From assembly GCA_963766735.1 (NCBI GenBank), contig CAVYBU010000027.1, positions 32,001 to 96,000 of the forward strand: a DNA stretch of 64,000 bases, in the 5' to 3' direction. Numbering within the stretch: the stretch's first letter is position 1; each line of letters starts with the position of its first letter. The notes beneath the pieces were generated by a model, which was not told the origin of the DNA, searched no databases, and worked only from the letters and a program-made list of their open reading frames with translations. Shown here in pieces: positions 20,383 to 29,068 of this stretch. The position numbers and the translations under genes are program-made. This DNA comes from an uncultured Chloroflexia bacterium. Its GTDB lineage: Bacteria > Chloroflexota > Limnocylindria > Limnocylindrales > CSP1-4.

Positions 20383-21290
20383 GCCCCACGTCCCGTCCAC
20401 GCGCCTGGATCGACGCGGTCCTGGCCGACGCGCCGCCGGCACCCACCGTGCTGGTGCTGGGCGGCTTCCTCACCTCGCCGCCCGTGTACCGGCCGTTCGT
20501 CCGGCGGCTGCTGGGGCGCGGTGTTGCCGACGTCGTGGTGGCCGGCGTCTGGACCCCGGACTGGCTGCTGGCGGCGGTTCATGGCCTGGGGCCGATCCTC
20601 ACCCGCTCCGGCCGGGCGCTGCTGGCGGCCTCGGAGCGGGCCGAGGCGGCGAGCCTGGGCGCACCCGTGCTGGTCATCGGGCACTCCGCGGGCGGGATGT
20701 CGGCGCGCCTGCTGACGTCGCCCGTCCCGTTTGCCGGGCGACGGCTCAACGCGTCGGGGCGGATCGGGGCGATCGTCACGCTCGGGACGCCGAACGTCGT
20801 GTCCGTTGGCGGTGAGATGGGCAACCGCGTGGGCGCGGAGGCCGCGGCGTTCGCCAACCGCGAGGTGCCCGGACCGTGGTTCGCACCCAGGGTGGGGTAC
20901 CTGGCCGTGGCGTCCACGGCCGTGGCCGGACGGCCGGACGGCACCCACGCCGAACGGCGTTCCTTGAGCACCTATCGGGGTCTGCTGCCGGATCCCACGG
21001 CTGGAGAGCTGGTGGGCGACGGGTTGATCCCGCTCGAGTCCGCGCTGCTGCCCGACGCCCCGGCGCTGGTCTTCGACGATGTGCGCCACGGCCAGTGGCC
21101 CGGGCGCGACTGGTACGGCTCGGACGCCCCGATGGATCGCTGGTGGCCGGTGGCCCTGGAGACATGGCGTGCGGCGCTGCGCGCACGAGCCGGGACGACG
21201 ACCGAGTCGGCGACAGGGGCTGCACCTGGGGCGGTACCCGCGGCCGCATCAGGGACGACGCCCGCGAAGGCGGCAGGTCGCACCTTTTGA
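20379..21290 (+). CDS. Alpha/beta hydrolase (lipase/esterase-like)
   Basis: GHSAGG nucleophile elbow, VTLGTP and GDGLIP...H. TTGA overlap with the MFS gene. Confidence 0.82.
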   Translation: MSPTSRPRAWIDAVLADAPPAPTVLVLGGFLTSPPVYRPFVRRLLGRGVADVVVAGVWTPDWLLAAVHGLGPILTRSGRALLAASERAEAASLGAPVLVIGHSAGGMSARLLTSPVPFAGRRLNASGRIGAIVTLGTPNVVSVGGEMGNRVGAEAAAFANREVPGPWFAPRVGYLAVASTAVAGRPDGTHAERRSLSTYRGLLPDPTAGELVGDGLIPLESALLPDAPALVFDDVRHGQWPGRDWYGSDAPMDRWWPVALETWRAALRARAGTTTESATGAAPGAVPAAASGTTPAKAAGRTF

Positions 21291-21322
21291 CGGATCGGGC
21301 GATCGGCAGTAGCGTAGGCAGT

Positions 21323-21397
21323 CGCGGGGTGGAGCAGCGGCAGCTCGTCGGGCTCATAACCCGAAGGTCGGAGGTTCGAATCCTTCCCCCGCAACCA
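21323..21397 (+). tRNA. Initiator tRNA-fMet (CAU)
   Basis: C1-A72 mismatch, three G-C pairs in the anticodon stem (TCGGG/CCCGA), CAT anticodon, GTTCGAATC, encoded CCA. Confidence 0.97.
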
Positions 21398-21409
21398 ACA
21401 CGCTTCTCC

Positions 21410-21449
21410 AGGAACCCCGGGACTCGACCACCCCGGGGTTCTTACTTTT
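21410..21449 (+). terminator. Intrinsic terminator after tRNA-fMet
   Basis: AGGAACCCCGGG...CCCGGGGTTCTT followed by ACTTTT. Confidence 0.7.
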
Positions 21450-21476
21450 CCGGGTCCGGCGACAGAGCAACACGCT

Positions 21477-21532
21477 GAAAGACCCGCCCGAGAGGGCGGG
21501 TCTTTCGCTGTTCGGCGGGTCTTTCGCTGTTC
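21477..21532. terminator. Stem-loop with a 19-bp tandem duplication
   Basis: GAAAGACCCGCCC-GAGA-GGGCGGGTCTTTC. GGCGGGTCTTTCGCTGTTC occurs twice (21495-21532). Confidence 0.7.
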
Positions 21533-21545
21533 GGGCCGAGCGGGC

Positions 21546-23012
21546 TCAGCCGGGTGGCGTGAACGTCGAGGCCATCGTCATGAGGCTGACGATCGCCGCG
21601 TTGGACTGGAAGACCTCGTCGCCGGGCGCGCCGATCGTCCGGAGCACGACCGTTCCCGCCGCCTGGACGTCCGCCAGGCAGGCGTAGCTCGCACTCCCGG
21701 CCGGGACGCTGGCTGCGTCAACCACGGCGATCGCGCTGACGCACGTCACCGGGGTGCCGCGGACGTCGACCTCGTACTGCGCGGACACGTTCCAGGTGGC
21801 CGGGTCCGTGGCGGCCGTGATCGCGTCCTGGTAGGACGCGTTCGCCAGGTCGGCCTGCACCGCGGCCTGGACCGCAGAGCCGTCCGGCGGGATGACGATG
21901 GGGTCAGGATCGAAGTACCGGCACGCGAGCTCCGGAGGATCCGTCACGGTTTCCCACTCACCCGAGTAGACGATCGTGGCGACGGCCGGAGCGCCGGGGG
22001 GCACGAGGGTGCACGAGGCGGTCGGTGGGACCTCGATGGGCGGGGCCCCGGATGGGGCAACGGACGGAGGAGCGGTCGGCGGCGGAGTGGGCTTGGGCGT
22101 CGGCTTCGGCGTCGGCTCCGGTGTCGCCGTCGGTGCCTCGGTTGGCTCCGGAGTCGGCGTGGCCGCCGGCGTGGCGCTCGCGCTCGGCTTCGGGCTCGCG
22201 GATGCGTCGGGTTCGACGTCAGGCGTGGGCCTGACCAGGGCCACGCGGAGCCCGCCCGACCGGTCCGTGAGGTTGAGGGTCGATCCGCGCGATTCGATGA
22301 ACGCCACCCCCTGGAGCGCCTTGAGGAAGGCCGTCTCCTGGTCCATGACCGCCGTGTCGCAGGCAAGGCTCGTGGTGGCCAGCCTGCCGACGCCGACCAC
22401 GTCGCCATTCGTCCCGTAGATCCCGCTGTACGCATTGCAGCCGGCAGAACCGCCGACGCTCACGAGCTGGAACGCGACATCGATCTGCGTGCCCTCGAGT
22501 ACCCCGACCACCGTTCCCGGGGTTGTTCCGTACGAGTCCACCCGCCACTTCCCCAGCAGGGGGTTGCGAGGCGCGGCGTTGAACACGAGCACGGTGTTCA
22601 GCCTGGCATCGAGGATAGTCAGCTGGCCACGGCGGACGCCGTAGAAGCGGCTCGAATCGAGCAGCGAGAGGTACTCCTGCTCGAAGGCCATGGCGGCCTC
22701 ATCACAGGCCATGAACGTCCCGGACAGCTGCGAGATGAGGAGGGTTCGTCCGCCGGCCCGGTACAGCCCGTTGAACTCGTTGCAGCCGGAATAGCCGCTG
22801 ACGCGGCTTGAATCGAACCTGACGTCCGCGTACTGGGTTTCCGGAAGGATCGTGAGCGACCCGTCCTGATCGTACGAATCCAGCACCCAGTGGGTGCCCT
22901 CGAGGGTGCCGCCGGTGACCTCGGCAGTGTCGCCGGTGCCCCCGCCGGCCGAGCAGGCGGTGATCAGGAATGCCAGGGCGACGAGCGCCCCGAGAGTCCG
23001 CTTCTTGGTCAT
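21546..23012 (-). CDS. META-domain lipoprotein with Pro/Thr linker and Cys-containing C-terminal domain
   Basis: Lipobox ITAC, SGYSGCN...TFMAC and GGSAGCN...TSLAC, then a PTPEPT linker. Confidence 0.85.
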   Translation of the reverse strand: MTKKRTLGALVALAFLITACSAGGGTGDTAEVTGGTLEGTHWVLDSYDQDGSLTILPETQYADVRFDSSRVSGYSGCNEFNGLYRAGGRTLLISQLSGTFMACDEAAMAFEQEYLSLLDSSRFYGVRRGQLTILDARLNTVLVFNAAPRNPLLGKWRVDSYGTTPGTVVGVLEGTQIDVAFQLVSVGGSAGCNAYSGIYGTNGDVVGVGRLATTSLACDTAVMDQETAFLKALQGVAFIESRGSTLNLTDRSGGLRVALVRPTPDVEPDASASPKPSASATPAATPTPEPTEAPTATPEPTPKPTPKPTPPPTAPPSVAPSGAPPIEVPPTASCTLVPPGAPAVATIVYSGEWETVTDPPELACRYFDPDPIVIPPDGSAVQAAVQADLANASYQDAITAATDPATWNVSAQYEVDVRGTPVTCVSAIAVVDAASVPAGSASYACLADVQAAGTVVLRTIGAPGDEVFQSNAAIVSLMTMASTFTPPG

Positions 23013-23033
23013 GACGTCAAAGGCAGTCGTGGC

Positions 23034-23300
23034 CTAGGCGGACTTCGACGCGACGTAGAGCGCGAACAGCCGCATGGCATAGCCGAACCCGGCGACGAGG
23101 AACGCGGCGAAGATCGGCGTGCCGACGGCGTAGGCCGAGATCGCAAAGGCTTCGAAGACGTTGAATGCCTCGCGCGACGCGAGGTCGACCCACCAGATCA
23201 CCCCGGCGATCACGGCGTAGATCACGAACACCCACCCGACCACGATGAAGAACGTGCCGATGGATGCCAGCCGGCGGGCGTCGTTGACGAGTTGCTCCAT
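23034..23300 (-). CDS. Small hypothetical membrane protein
   Basis: SD GGGAG before ATG 23300 and two long hydrophobic stretches. Confidence 0.65.
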   Translation of the reverse strand: MEQLVNDARRLASIGTFFIVVGWVFVIYAVIAGVIWWVDLASREAFNVFEAFAISAYAVGTPIFAAFLVAGFGYAMRLFALYVASKSA

Positions 23301-23406
23301 GTCGTGCTCCCTCGTGGTGGGTGAGGCGGGATGCCTGAGGAGACAACGGTACCGGACCGGCGAGGTGGGCGCGACCCGGCTGCCCGTCATCTGGTGCGAC
23401 CGGAGG

Positions 23407-23934
23407 TCAGCCCTCGCGGACCTCGGCGGTGACCTTGATCTCGCCGGCCTTCTCGAGCTTGAGCGTGATCTCGACCGTGTCGCCGACCTTCAGCTCCTGG
23501 TTGAGGCCGATCAGCATGATGTGGTAGCTGCCGGGCTTGAGCTCCAGCGTGCCGCCGGCAGGGATCTCCACGCGCTCGACGGGCCGCATGCCCAGCATGC
23601 CGCCGGGGCTCATGCCCCCGGACGCCGCGGGGGAGTCCATCGGCATCGTGGACTCGGCCGGCATCGTCGACTCGGCCGGCATCTCCACGGTCTCGTGGAC
23701 CTCGGTGGACTTGGCGACCGTGCTCGACGCACCGATGAGCGCATCGGCGGCCGAGCCGGTGTTCTCGATGACCATGTAGGCGGCGCCGGCCGACGCCACC
23801 ATCGGCGAGTTGCGGACCCAGGGGTCCGTGACCTTGATCCCGCCGCCGCCGCTGTCACAGGCGGCGACCACGAGGGCGAGGGCGAGGACGGGAACGAGCC
23901 GCGCCAACGCGCGGCGGACGGAGATGCTGGCCAC
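23407..23934 (-). CDS. Copper chaperone PCu(A)C
   Basis: Lipobox VAAC, DPWVR, AAYM, EVHET...M and LKPGSYHIML, with a Met-rich insertion. Confidence 0.92.
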   Translation of the reverse strand: MASISVRRALARLVPVLALALVVAACDSGGGGIKVTDPWVRNSPMVASAGAAYMVIENTGSAADALIGASSTVAKSTEVHETVEMPAESTMPAESTMPMDSPAASGGMSPGGMLGMRPVERVEIPAGGTLELKPGSYHIMLIGLNQELKVGDTVEITLKLEKAGEIKVTAEVREG

Positions 23935-23975
23935 GGGTTCCTCCTATGCGGTGACCGATGGGTTTGCGGCCGGGG

Positions 23976-24671
23976 TCATCTGCCGGACACCTCGCGCAGG
24001 CGATCGGCGATGAGCTCGGCGGGAGCGCCAAAGAACAGGTGGTGGCGGAGCGTGCCTTCGGCATCGACCAGGTAGGCCTCCGCCGAGTGGGCCATCGCGT
24101 AGCCGGAGGCCGAATCGGACTCGAGCTTCCGGTACGAGACCCCCCAGTCGGTGGCCGCCTCGGCGATCTCGGCTTCCGTGCCCGTCAGCCCGATGAAGCC
24201 CGCCTGGTAATAGTCCACGTACTGCTTCATGGCCGCGGCGTCGTCCCGGACCGGATCCACCGTCACGAAGACGACGGTCGCGTCCACGCCGGATGCCCTG
24301 ATCCCGGCGCGGAGCTCCGCGAGGGATGCCGGACACACGTCGGGACAGTGCGTATACCCGAAGTAGACGAACACCGGCTTGCCACGCATCGACGCCAGGT
24401 CGAACGGGCGGCCGTCCTGGTCGGTGAGGTGGAGCGCGGGCGCCGGACGGGGCGTGCCGTAGGCCGTGTCGCGGACGCCGAGGGGCGCCGGTGTGACGGC
24501 CTCGACCATGATGGGCGTTGCGGACGGCGACACGACCCCTGCTCCACACCCGCCCGCGACGACCGCGAGCAGGGCAACCGCGAGCAAGGCGATGACGCGC
24601 GGGACGGAGCATCGGAAGAGGCGCTCTCCCGGCGCCGAGGCGCAGGAGATCCTGGTTGTGGAGCGGCTCAC
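23976..24671 (-). CDS. SCO1/SenC copper chaperone
   Basis: FGYTHCPDVCP (CxxxC), VDPVRD and YAMAHS. The start codon is uncertain. Confidence 0.92.
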   Translation of the reverse strand: MSRSTTRISCASAPGERLFRCSVPRVIALLAVALLAVVAGGCGAGVVSPSATPIMVEAVTPAPLGVRDTAYGTPRPAPALHLTDQDGRPFDLASMRGKPVFVYFGYTHCPDVCPASLAELRAGIRASGVDATVVFVTVDPVRDDAAAMKQYVDYYQAGFIGLTGTEAEIAEAATDWGVSYRKLESDSASGYAMAHSAEAYLVDAEGTLRHHLFFGAPAELIADRLREVSGR

Positions 24672-24720
24672 AAGAGCTCAGGGTACCGCCGGCCGCCGTC
24701 ACAGGTCGCGCGCCCGCGGG

Positions 24721-25506
24721 TCAGTCCCAGCGGAAGCGGCGGGCGGCGAGGACGGCGAACAGGACGGCCCAGCCGGTCAGGATCGCGAGCGGCTCGGTTG
24801 GGTCGCCCGTGGTGGTCCCGAACCCGATCGACAGGATCTCCGTGAGCGAGGCGGCCGGGAGGTCGGACGCGATGGACGCGACCGGGGCCGGCAGCCGGTC
24901 AAGCGGCAGCACGATCCCGCCCAGGATCAGCGACGCGAGGAAGAGCAGGTTCGCCAGCGCCAGCGTCGCCTCCGCGCGCAGCGTGCCGGCCATGAGGAGT
25001 CCGAGGCCCGCGAAGGCGATCGTCCCCAGCACCAGACCGGCGAGCACCAGCGGGACCGAGGCTCCGGCCCCCGGCGTCCAGCCCAGCAGTCCGGCGGCGA
25101 TCCCGACCAGGAGCACGAGCTGGACCAGCTCCACGATGACCACGGAGGCGGTCTTCGCAGCGACGACCACCGACGTCCCCGCCGGGCTCCCGCCCAGCCG
25201 CTTGATGACGCCGTACTGGCGCTCGAAGCCGGTCGAGATCGCGAGCGACACCATGGAGGCGGCGATGATCGCGAGCGCCACCGAGCCCGGGAGCAGGCGA
25301 TCGACCGGGCTCCCGGATGCCGTGCCGCCGCTGGTGTCGAACGAGCTGAAGACCAGGAGGACGCCGGCCGGGATCACGAACGTGATCAGGAGCCCCTCTC
25401 CCCGGCGGAGCACCAGCCGGAACTCGTACGCGGCCAGAGCCAGCGTCATCCGCAGCCAGGACGACGGCCGGGCCGGCACGCCGGCGCCGATCGGGAGCGT
25501 GCTCAT
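24721..25506 (-). CDS. ABC-2 type permease
   Basis: Six TMs with FERQYGVIKRLG and LRAEATLALAN. Confidence 0.88.
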   Translation of the reverse strand: MSTLPIGAGVPARPSSWLRMTLALAAYEFRLVLRRGEGLLITFVIPAGVLLVFSSFDTSGGTASGSPVDRLLPGSVALAIIAASMVSLAISTGFERQYGVIKRLGGSPAGTSVVVAAKTASVVIVELVQLVLLVGIAAGLLGWTPGAGASVPLVLAGLVLGTIAFAGLGLLMAGTLRAEATLALANLLFLASLILGGIVLPLDRLPAPVASIASDLPAASLTEILSIGFGTTTGDPTEPLAILTGWAVLFAVLAARRFRWD

Positions 25507-26504
25507 GCCGCGCCCTCGGCCTCGGCGGCAACGTCCTCGCCGACAAGCTCCAGGTAGCGCTCCTCCAGGCTGGCGGATCCGAGGCGCAGCTCCGTGATGA
25601 GGAGCCCGTGCTCCGCGCACCATGCGGCGAGAGCCGCCACCAGGCGCGAGTCCCCGGCGTCGCGGAGCCCCTCCACCTCGTAGTGCGCGCCCGGGCCGGC
25701 CGCAACCACCCGGACGCGATCGCCCCAGGTGGCCAGTGCCGCGGCCAGCGCGCCCACATCGGCAGCGGCCAACGGAGTCGCGAGCCGGAACCGCAGCCGC
25801 GGGGCGCCCGCGCCGGTCAGCTCCGCCGGCGTCCCCAGCGCCACCAGCCGGCCGCGGTCCAGGACGGCGACGCGGTCGGCCAGCACCTCCACGTCGCCCA
25901 GCTCGTGGGTGGTCAGCAGGATCGTCGTCCCAGCGCCGCGAAGCGCGGCGATCCGCTCCCGTGTCGCCTGCTTGGCCGCGGGGTCCATGCCCGCCGTCGG
26001 TTCGTCCAGGACGAGGAGCTCCGGTCGCCCGAGCAGCGCCAGAGCAAGCCCCAGGCGCTGCTTCTCCCCACCCGACAGCCGGCGGAACCGTGTCCCGGCG
26101 GCGCGCTCGAGGTCCACCAGCTCCAGCAGGCGGTCCGGGTCCTCCGGGTTGCGGTAGAAGCGCGCGTACAGGCGCAGGGCCTCGCGAGGCGTCGTCCGCG
26201 GGTCGATGCCACCCTCCTGGAGCATGAGCCCGATGCGCGGCCGGAGCCGGGCGCCGTCCTTCGCGGGGTCCAGCCCCAGGACGCGCACGGCGCCGCTGTC
26301 CGCGTGGCGGTACCCCTCCAGGATCTCGACGGTCGTCGTCTTGCCCGCGCCGTTGGGACCCAGGAGCGCGAACAACTCGCCGCGGCGGACGTCGAAGGTC
26401 AACCCGGCCAGGATCTCGCGCGCCCCGTATCGCTTGTGGACATCACGGGCGCTGACCGCGAGCGCGGCGTCCGTATCGCCCGTATCGCCCTCATCGGCCG
26501 TCAC
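25503..26504 (-). CDS. ABC transporter ATP-binding protein
   Basis: GPNGAGKTT, LSGGEKQR, LDEPT and TTH. Confidence 0.92.
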   Translation of the reverse strand: MTADEGDTGDTDAALAVSARDVHKRYGAREILAGLTFDVRRGELFALLGPNGAGKTTTVEILEGYRHADSGAVRVLGLDPAKDGARLRPRIGLMLQEGGIDPRTTPREALRLYARFYRNPEDPDRLLELVDLERAAGTRFRRLSGGEKQRLGLALALLGRPELLVLDEPTAGMDPAAKQATRERIAALRGAGTTILLTTHELGDVEVLADRVAVLDRGRLVALGTPAELTGAGAPRLRFRLATPLAAADVGALAAALATWGDRVRVVAAGPGAHYEVEGLRDAGDSRLVAALAAWCAEHGLLITELRLGSASLEERYLELVGEDVAAEAEGAA

Positions 26505-27016
26505 GGCTTGATCCTGGCGTACTGGGTGTCGAAGTCCTCGGGGCGGACCTCGCCGATCTGGATCCCGCGGAGGATGCCGTCCTTGTCGATGAAGTAGGTC
26601 TGGGGAGGCGCCACCACGCGATAGGCCGCCGCGAGCGCCCCGTCGTCGTCGGTGACGGTGGGCCACGTGGCCCCGACGTCACCGACGAACTGCTGGGCCA
26701 GCGCGGCCTCGTCCTTGTACAGGACACCCAGCATGACGAGGCCGTCCGAGGGACCCAGCTCGTCGAGCCGCTGCTGGAACAGCGGGAACTCGTCGCGGCA
26801 GGGCGTGCACCACGACGCCCAGAAGTTGACGATGACGGGATGGCCCCGGTACGCGGCGAGGTCAATCGAGCTGCCGTCCAGCGCCGTGCCCGTGATGGTG
26901 GGGACCGGCTCACCGGTACGTGCCTCCGAGGCCGTGCCGCTCGGGCCGCAGGCGGCGACGAGCAGGAGCAGGGACAGGCTGAGGGGCAGAAGGGGGATGC
27001 GAAACGCGCGGGGTAT
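26501..27016 (-). CDS. TlpA/ResA-like thiol-disulfide oxidoreductase lipoprotein (apparent ATA start)
   Basis: The frame upstream of the ORF-track fragment reads (M)PRAFRIPLLPLSLSLLLLVAACG...VNFWASWCTPCRDEF...PPQTYFID. There is no ATG/GTG/TTG before the signal peptide. Confidence 0.85.
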   Translation of the reverse strand: MPRAFRIPLLPLSLSLLLLVAACGPSGTASEARTGEPVPTITGTALDGSSIDLAAYRGHPVIVNFWASWCTPCRDEFPLFQQRLDELGPSDGLVMLGVLYKDEAALAQQFVGDVGATWPTVTDDDGALAAAYRVVAPPQTYFIDKDGILRGIQIGEVRPEDFDTQYARIKP

Positions 27017-27025
27017 CGGACGGCC

Positions 27026-28159
27026 TTACTGGGCTGTGACGGTCCCCGTCATGTTCGGGTGCACCGTGCAGACGAACGTGTACTGGCCGGCGGCCAGGGC
27101 GGGCACATCATAGACCTTGACGGCCGGGCCGCTGAAGATCTCGCCCATGAACAGCGACGCGCCGCCTCCGTCCTTGATCTCCACGTTGTGCGGCACCGGG
27201 TCCAGGTTGTCCAGGGCGAGCGTGAACGGCGCCCCGGCCGGGACGGTGATCGACGTCTCGAGGTACGCCACGTTCTCCGCGGTGAGGACCGCGTCCGCCG
27301 CAGGCAGGCTCGGTCCGGGCGTTGCCCCGCCACCCGCGCCACCACCGGCGCCACCGCTCGCGACCGGACCGCCGCTGGGGGCCGCGGTGCCGTCGCCCGA
27401 ACCGGTGAGTACGCCGGACGTGAGGATGATTCCTGCCGCCAGGAGCACGCCCAGAGCCGCGAAGGTCGCCTTGGGCCAGGAGGGTGCCTCGCCGGGGTCC
27501 AGGTGACCGGTCCGGTCCGCCTCCGCGACGGCGATGTACTCCTTGCGCGAGTCCCGCAGCCAGCCCAGGAGCACGACGCCCATCGCGATGCTGCCGAACA
27601 GCAGGGCCCAGCCGCCGACGATCATGCCGCCCACGAGCATGGTGAACCCGATGGAGACCAGCAGCGGTCGGAACGAGGGGGGCGGGACGTGGACGCCGGG
27701 CGGCGGCGTGCCGTCCGTGGGCACCGGCAGCGCGCCGGGTTGAACCTCGCCGGACTGCAGCTCACCCGCCGCGGTGGCCGCGGGATGAACGGCGTGGTCG
27801 TAGTCGCGGATCGCCTCACGCCCCCAGTAGAGGAGCGTGATCACCAGGACCACGACGCCGATCCACAGCCAGATCCCGCCGCTGAACAGCCCGAACAGCA
27901 GCATGAACGCGCCGAACGCTGCCAGCACCGGGGCGAACGACGGGCCGGGCATGTGGATGCCCTCCGGCGTGGCCGGCGGCTGGCGCCGGATGCCGCGGCT
28001 CGTCGGCCCGGCCGTGGCAAACCGGTAGACGGTCCAGGTCAGGTACAGGAAGACCAGCCCCGCCAGGGCGATGGGGATCAGCGCCACGAGGGCGCCCCAG
28101 TCCGGGACGATGAACTGTCCCGAGAGCTCGAGCAGCCCGGTCCAGAGTTCCTCGATCAT
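27026..28159 (-). CDS. Multi-TM oxidase-associated protein with C-terminal blue-copper (cupredoxin) domain
   Basis: Two HxPxPS-TM-TM repeats, plus type-1 copper ligands PHNV...CTVHPNM. Confidence 0.82.
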   Translation of the reverse strand: MIEELWTGLLELSGQFIVPDWGALVALIPIALAGLVFLYLTWTVYRFATAGPTSRGIRRQPPATPEGIHMPGPSFAPVLAAFGAFMLLFGLFSGGIWLWIGVVVLVITLLYWGREAIRDYDHAVHPAATAAGELQSGEVQPGALPVPTDGTPPPGVHVPPPSFRPLLVSIGFTMLVGGMIVGGWALLFGSIAMGVVLLGWLRDSRKEYIAVAEADRTGHLDPGEAPSWPKATFAALGVLLAAGIILTSGVLTGSGDGTAAPSGGPVASGGAGGGAGGGATPGPSLPAADAVLTAENVAYLETSITVPAGAPFTLALDNLDPVPHNVEIKDGGGASLFMGEIFSGPAVKVYDVPALAAGQYTFVCTVHPNMTGTVTAQ

Positions 28160-28169
28160 CGGTGAGGGT

Positions 28170-28355
28170 TCAGCTCCGCTTGAGGCCGGCGAACAGGACG
28201 TAGGCCATGAGCGACATGGCGCCGCCGAGGGCGACCAGCATCGTAATGCCCGCGTAGTCCACCATCGCCGGGTCGACCGCGCTGGTGAACACAAAGTACA
28301 CCGCGGCGATGAACAGGAACACGATGCCCGCGAGGGCTGCGCGACGGGGGTTCAC
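28170..28355 (-). CDS. Small 2-TM protein, cytochrome c oxidase subunit IV (CtaF)-like
   Basis: 61 aa with 'AAVY' and 'DYAGITMLVALG' helices, directly after subunit III. Confidence 0.6.
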   Translation of the reverse strand: MNPRRAALAGIVFLFIAAVYFVFTSAVDPAMVDYAGITMLVALGGAMSLMAYVLFAGLKRS

Positions 28356-28373
28356 GGTCGCTCCTTCTCCGGG

Positions 28374-29054
28374 CTACAGCAGGTACAGGATGGAGAACAG
28401 GAGGATCCACACGACGTCCACGAAGTGCCAGTAGAGCGACGTTGCCTCGACCATGTCGTGATGCTTGGCCGAGAACTGCCCTGCCATGCCGCGGTAGAGG
28501 ACCACCGACAGCATGAGGACGCCCCCGAAGACGTGGGCGCCGTGGAAGCCCGTGAGCGTGAAGTACGTGGTCCCGAACGTCGTGGAGCCCATCGTCAGGC
28601 CCTCGCCGATCAGGACGCTGTAGTCGAACGCCTGGAGCAGGAGGAACGTCACCCCCAGGACGACCGTGACCGCGAACGCTCGCACGAAGCCGCGGTGGTC
28701 GTCCCGCTGGATCGCCCAGACTCCCATCTGGCAGGTCGCCGACGAGAGGATCAGGATCAGCGTGGCCGGCAGGATCAGGTTGAGCGAGCCGTTCTCCGTC
28801 GTCAGCGCAAACGGGTTCAGCAGCTCCGCGTAGGCGGTCGGCGGCCAGACGTTCTGGAGGGAGCCGTTGACGACCTCCTGGTACCCGGCCCGGATGCTGA
28901 AGTAGGCCGCGAACAGGCCGGCGAAGAACATCACCTCGGAGGTGATGAACAACAGCATCCCCAGGACCGGCGTGCCGATCCCCCCGGAGCCGTGCCCCTC
29001 TGTGGCTGCGGCGTGGTCGGTGTGGGTGGTGAGGGCGGTGGCGTCGGCAGTCAT
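28374..29054 (-). CDS. ctaE: Heme-copper oxidase subunit III
   Basis: GMLLFITSEVMFFAGLFAAY, LTGFHGAHV and YWHFVDVVW. Confidence 0.95.
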   Translation of the reverse strand: MTADATALTTHTDHAAATEGHGSGGIGTPVLGMLLFITSEVMFFAGLFAAYFSIRAGYQEVVNGSLQNVWPPTAYAELLNPFALTTENGSLNLILPATLILILSSATCQMGVWAIQRDDHRGFVRAFAVTVVLGVTFLLLQAFDYSVLIGEGLTMGSTTFGTTYFTLTGFHGAHVFGGVLMLSVVLYRGMAGQFSAKHHDMVEATSLYWHFVDVVWILLFSILYLL

Positions 29055-29068
29055 CGTCTCAGCCCCCT

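Noticed and set aside
7431-21397. Genomic island between tRNA-Lys and tRNA-fMet
   Set aside because: I saw no integrase, no duplicated tRNA 3' end and no obvious compositional shift.
21477-21532. CRISPR-like repeats
   Set aside because: There are only two adjacent 19-mers with no spacers and no cas genes. The same applies to the repeats at 32867 and 58576.
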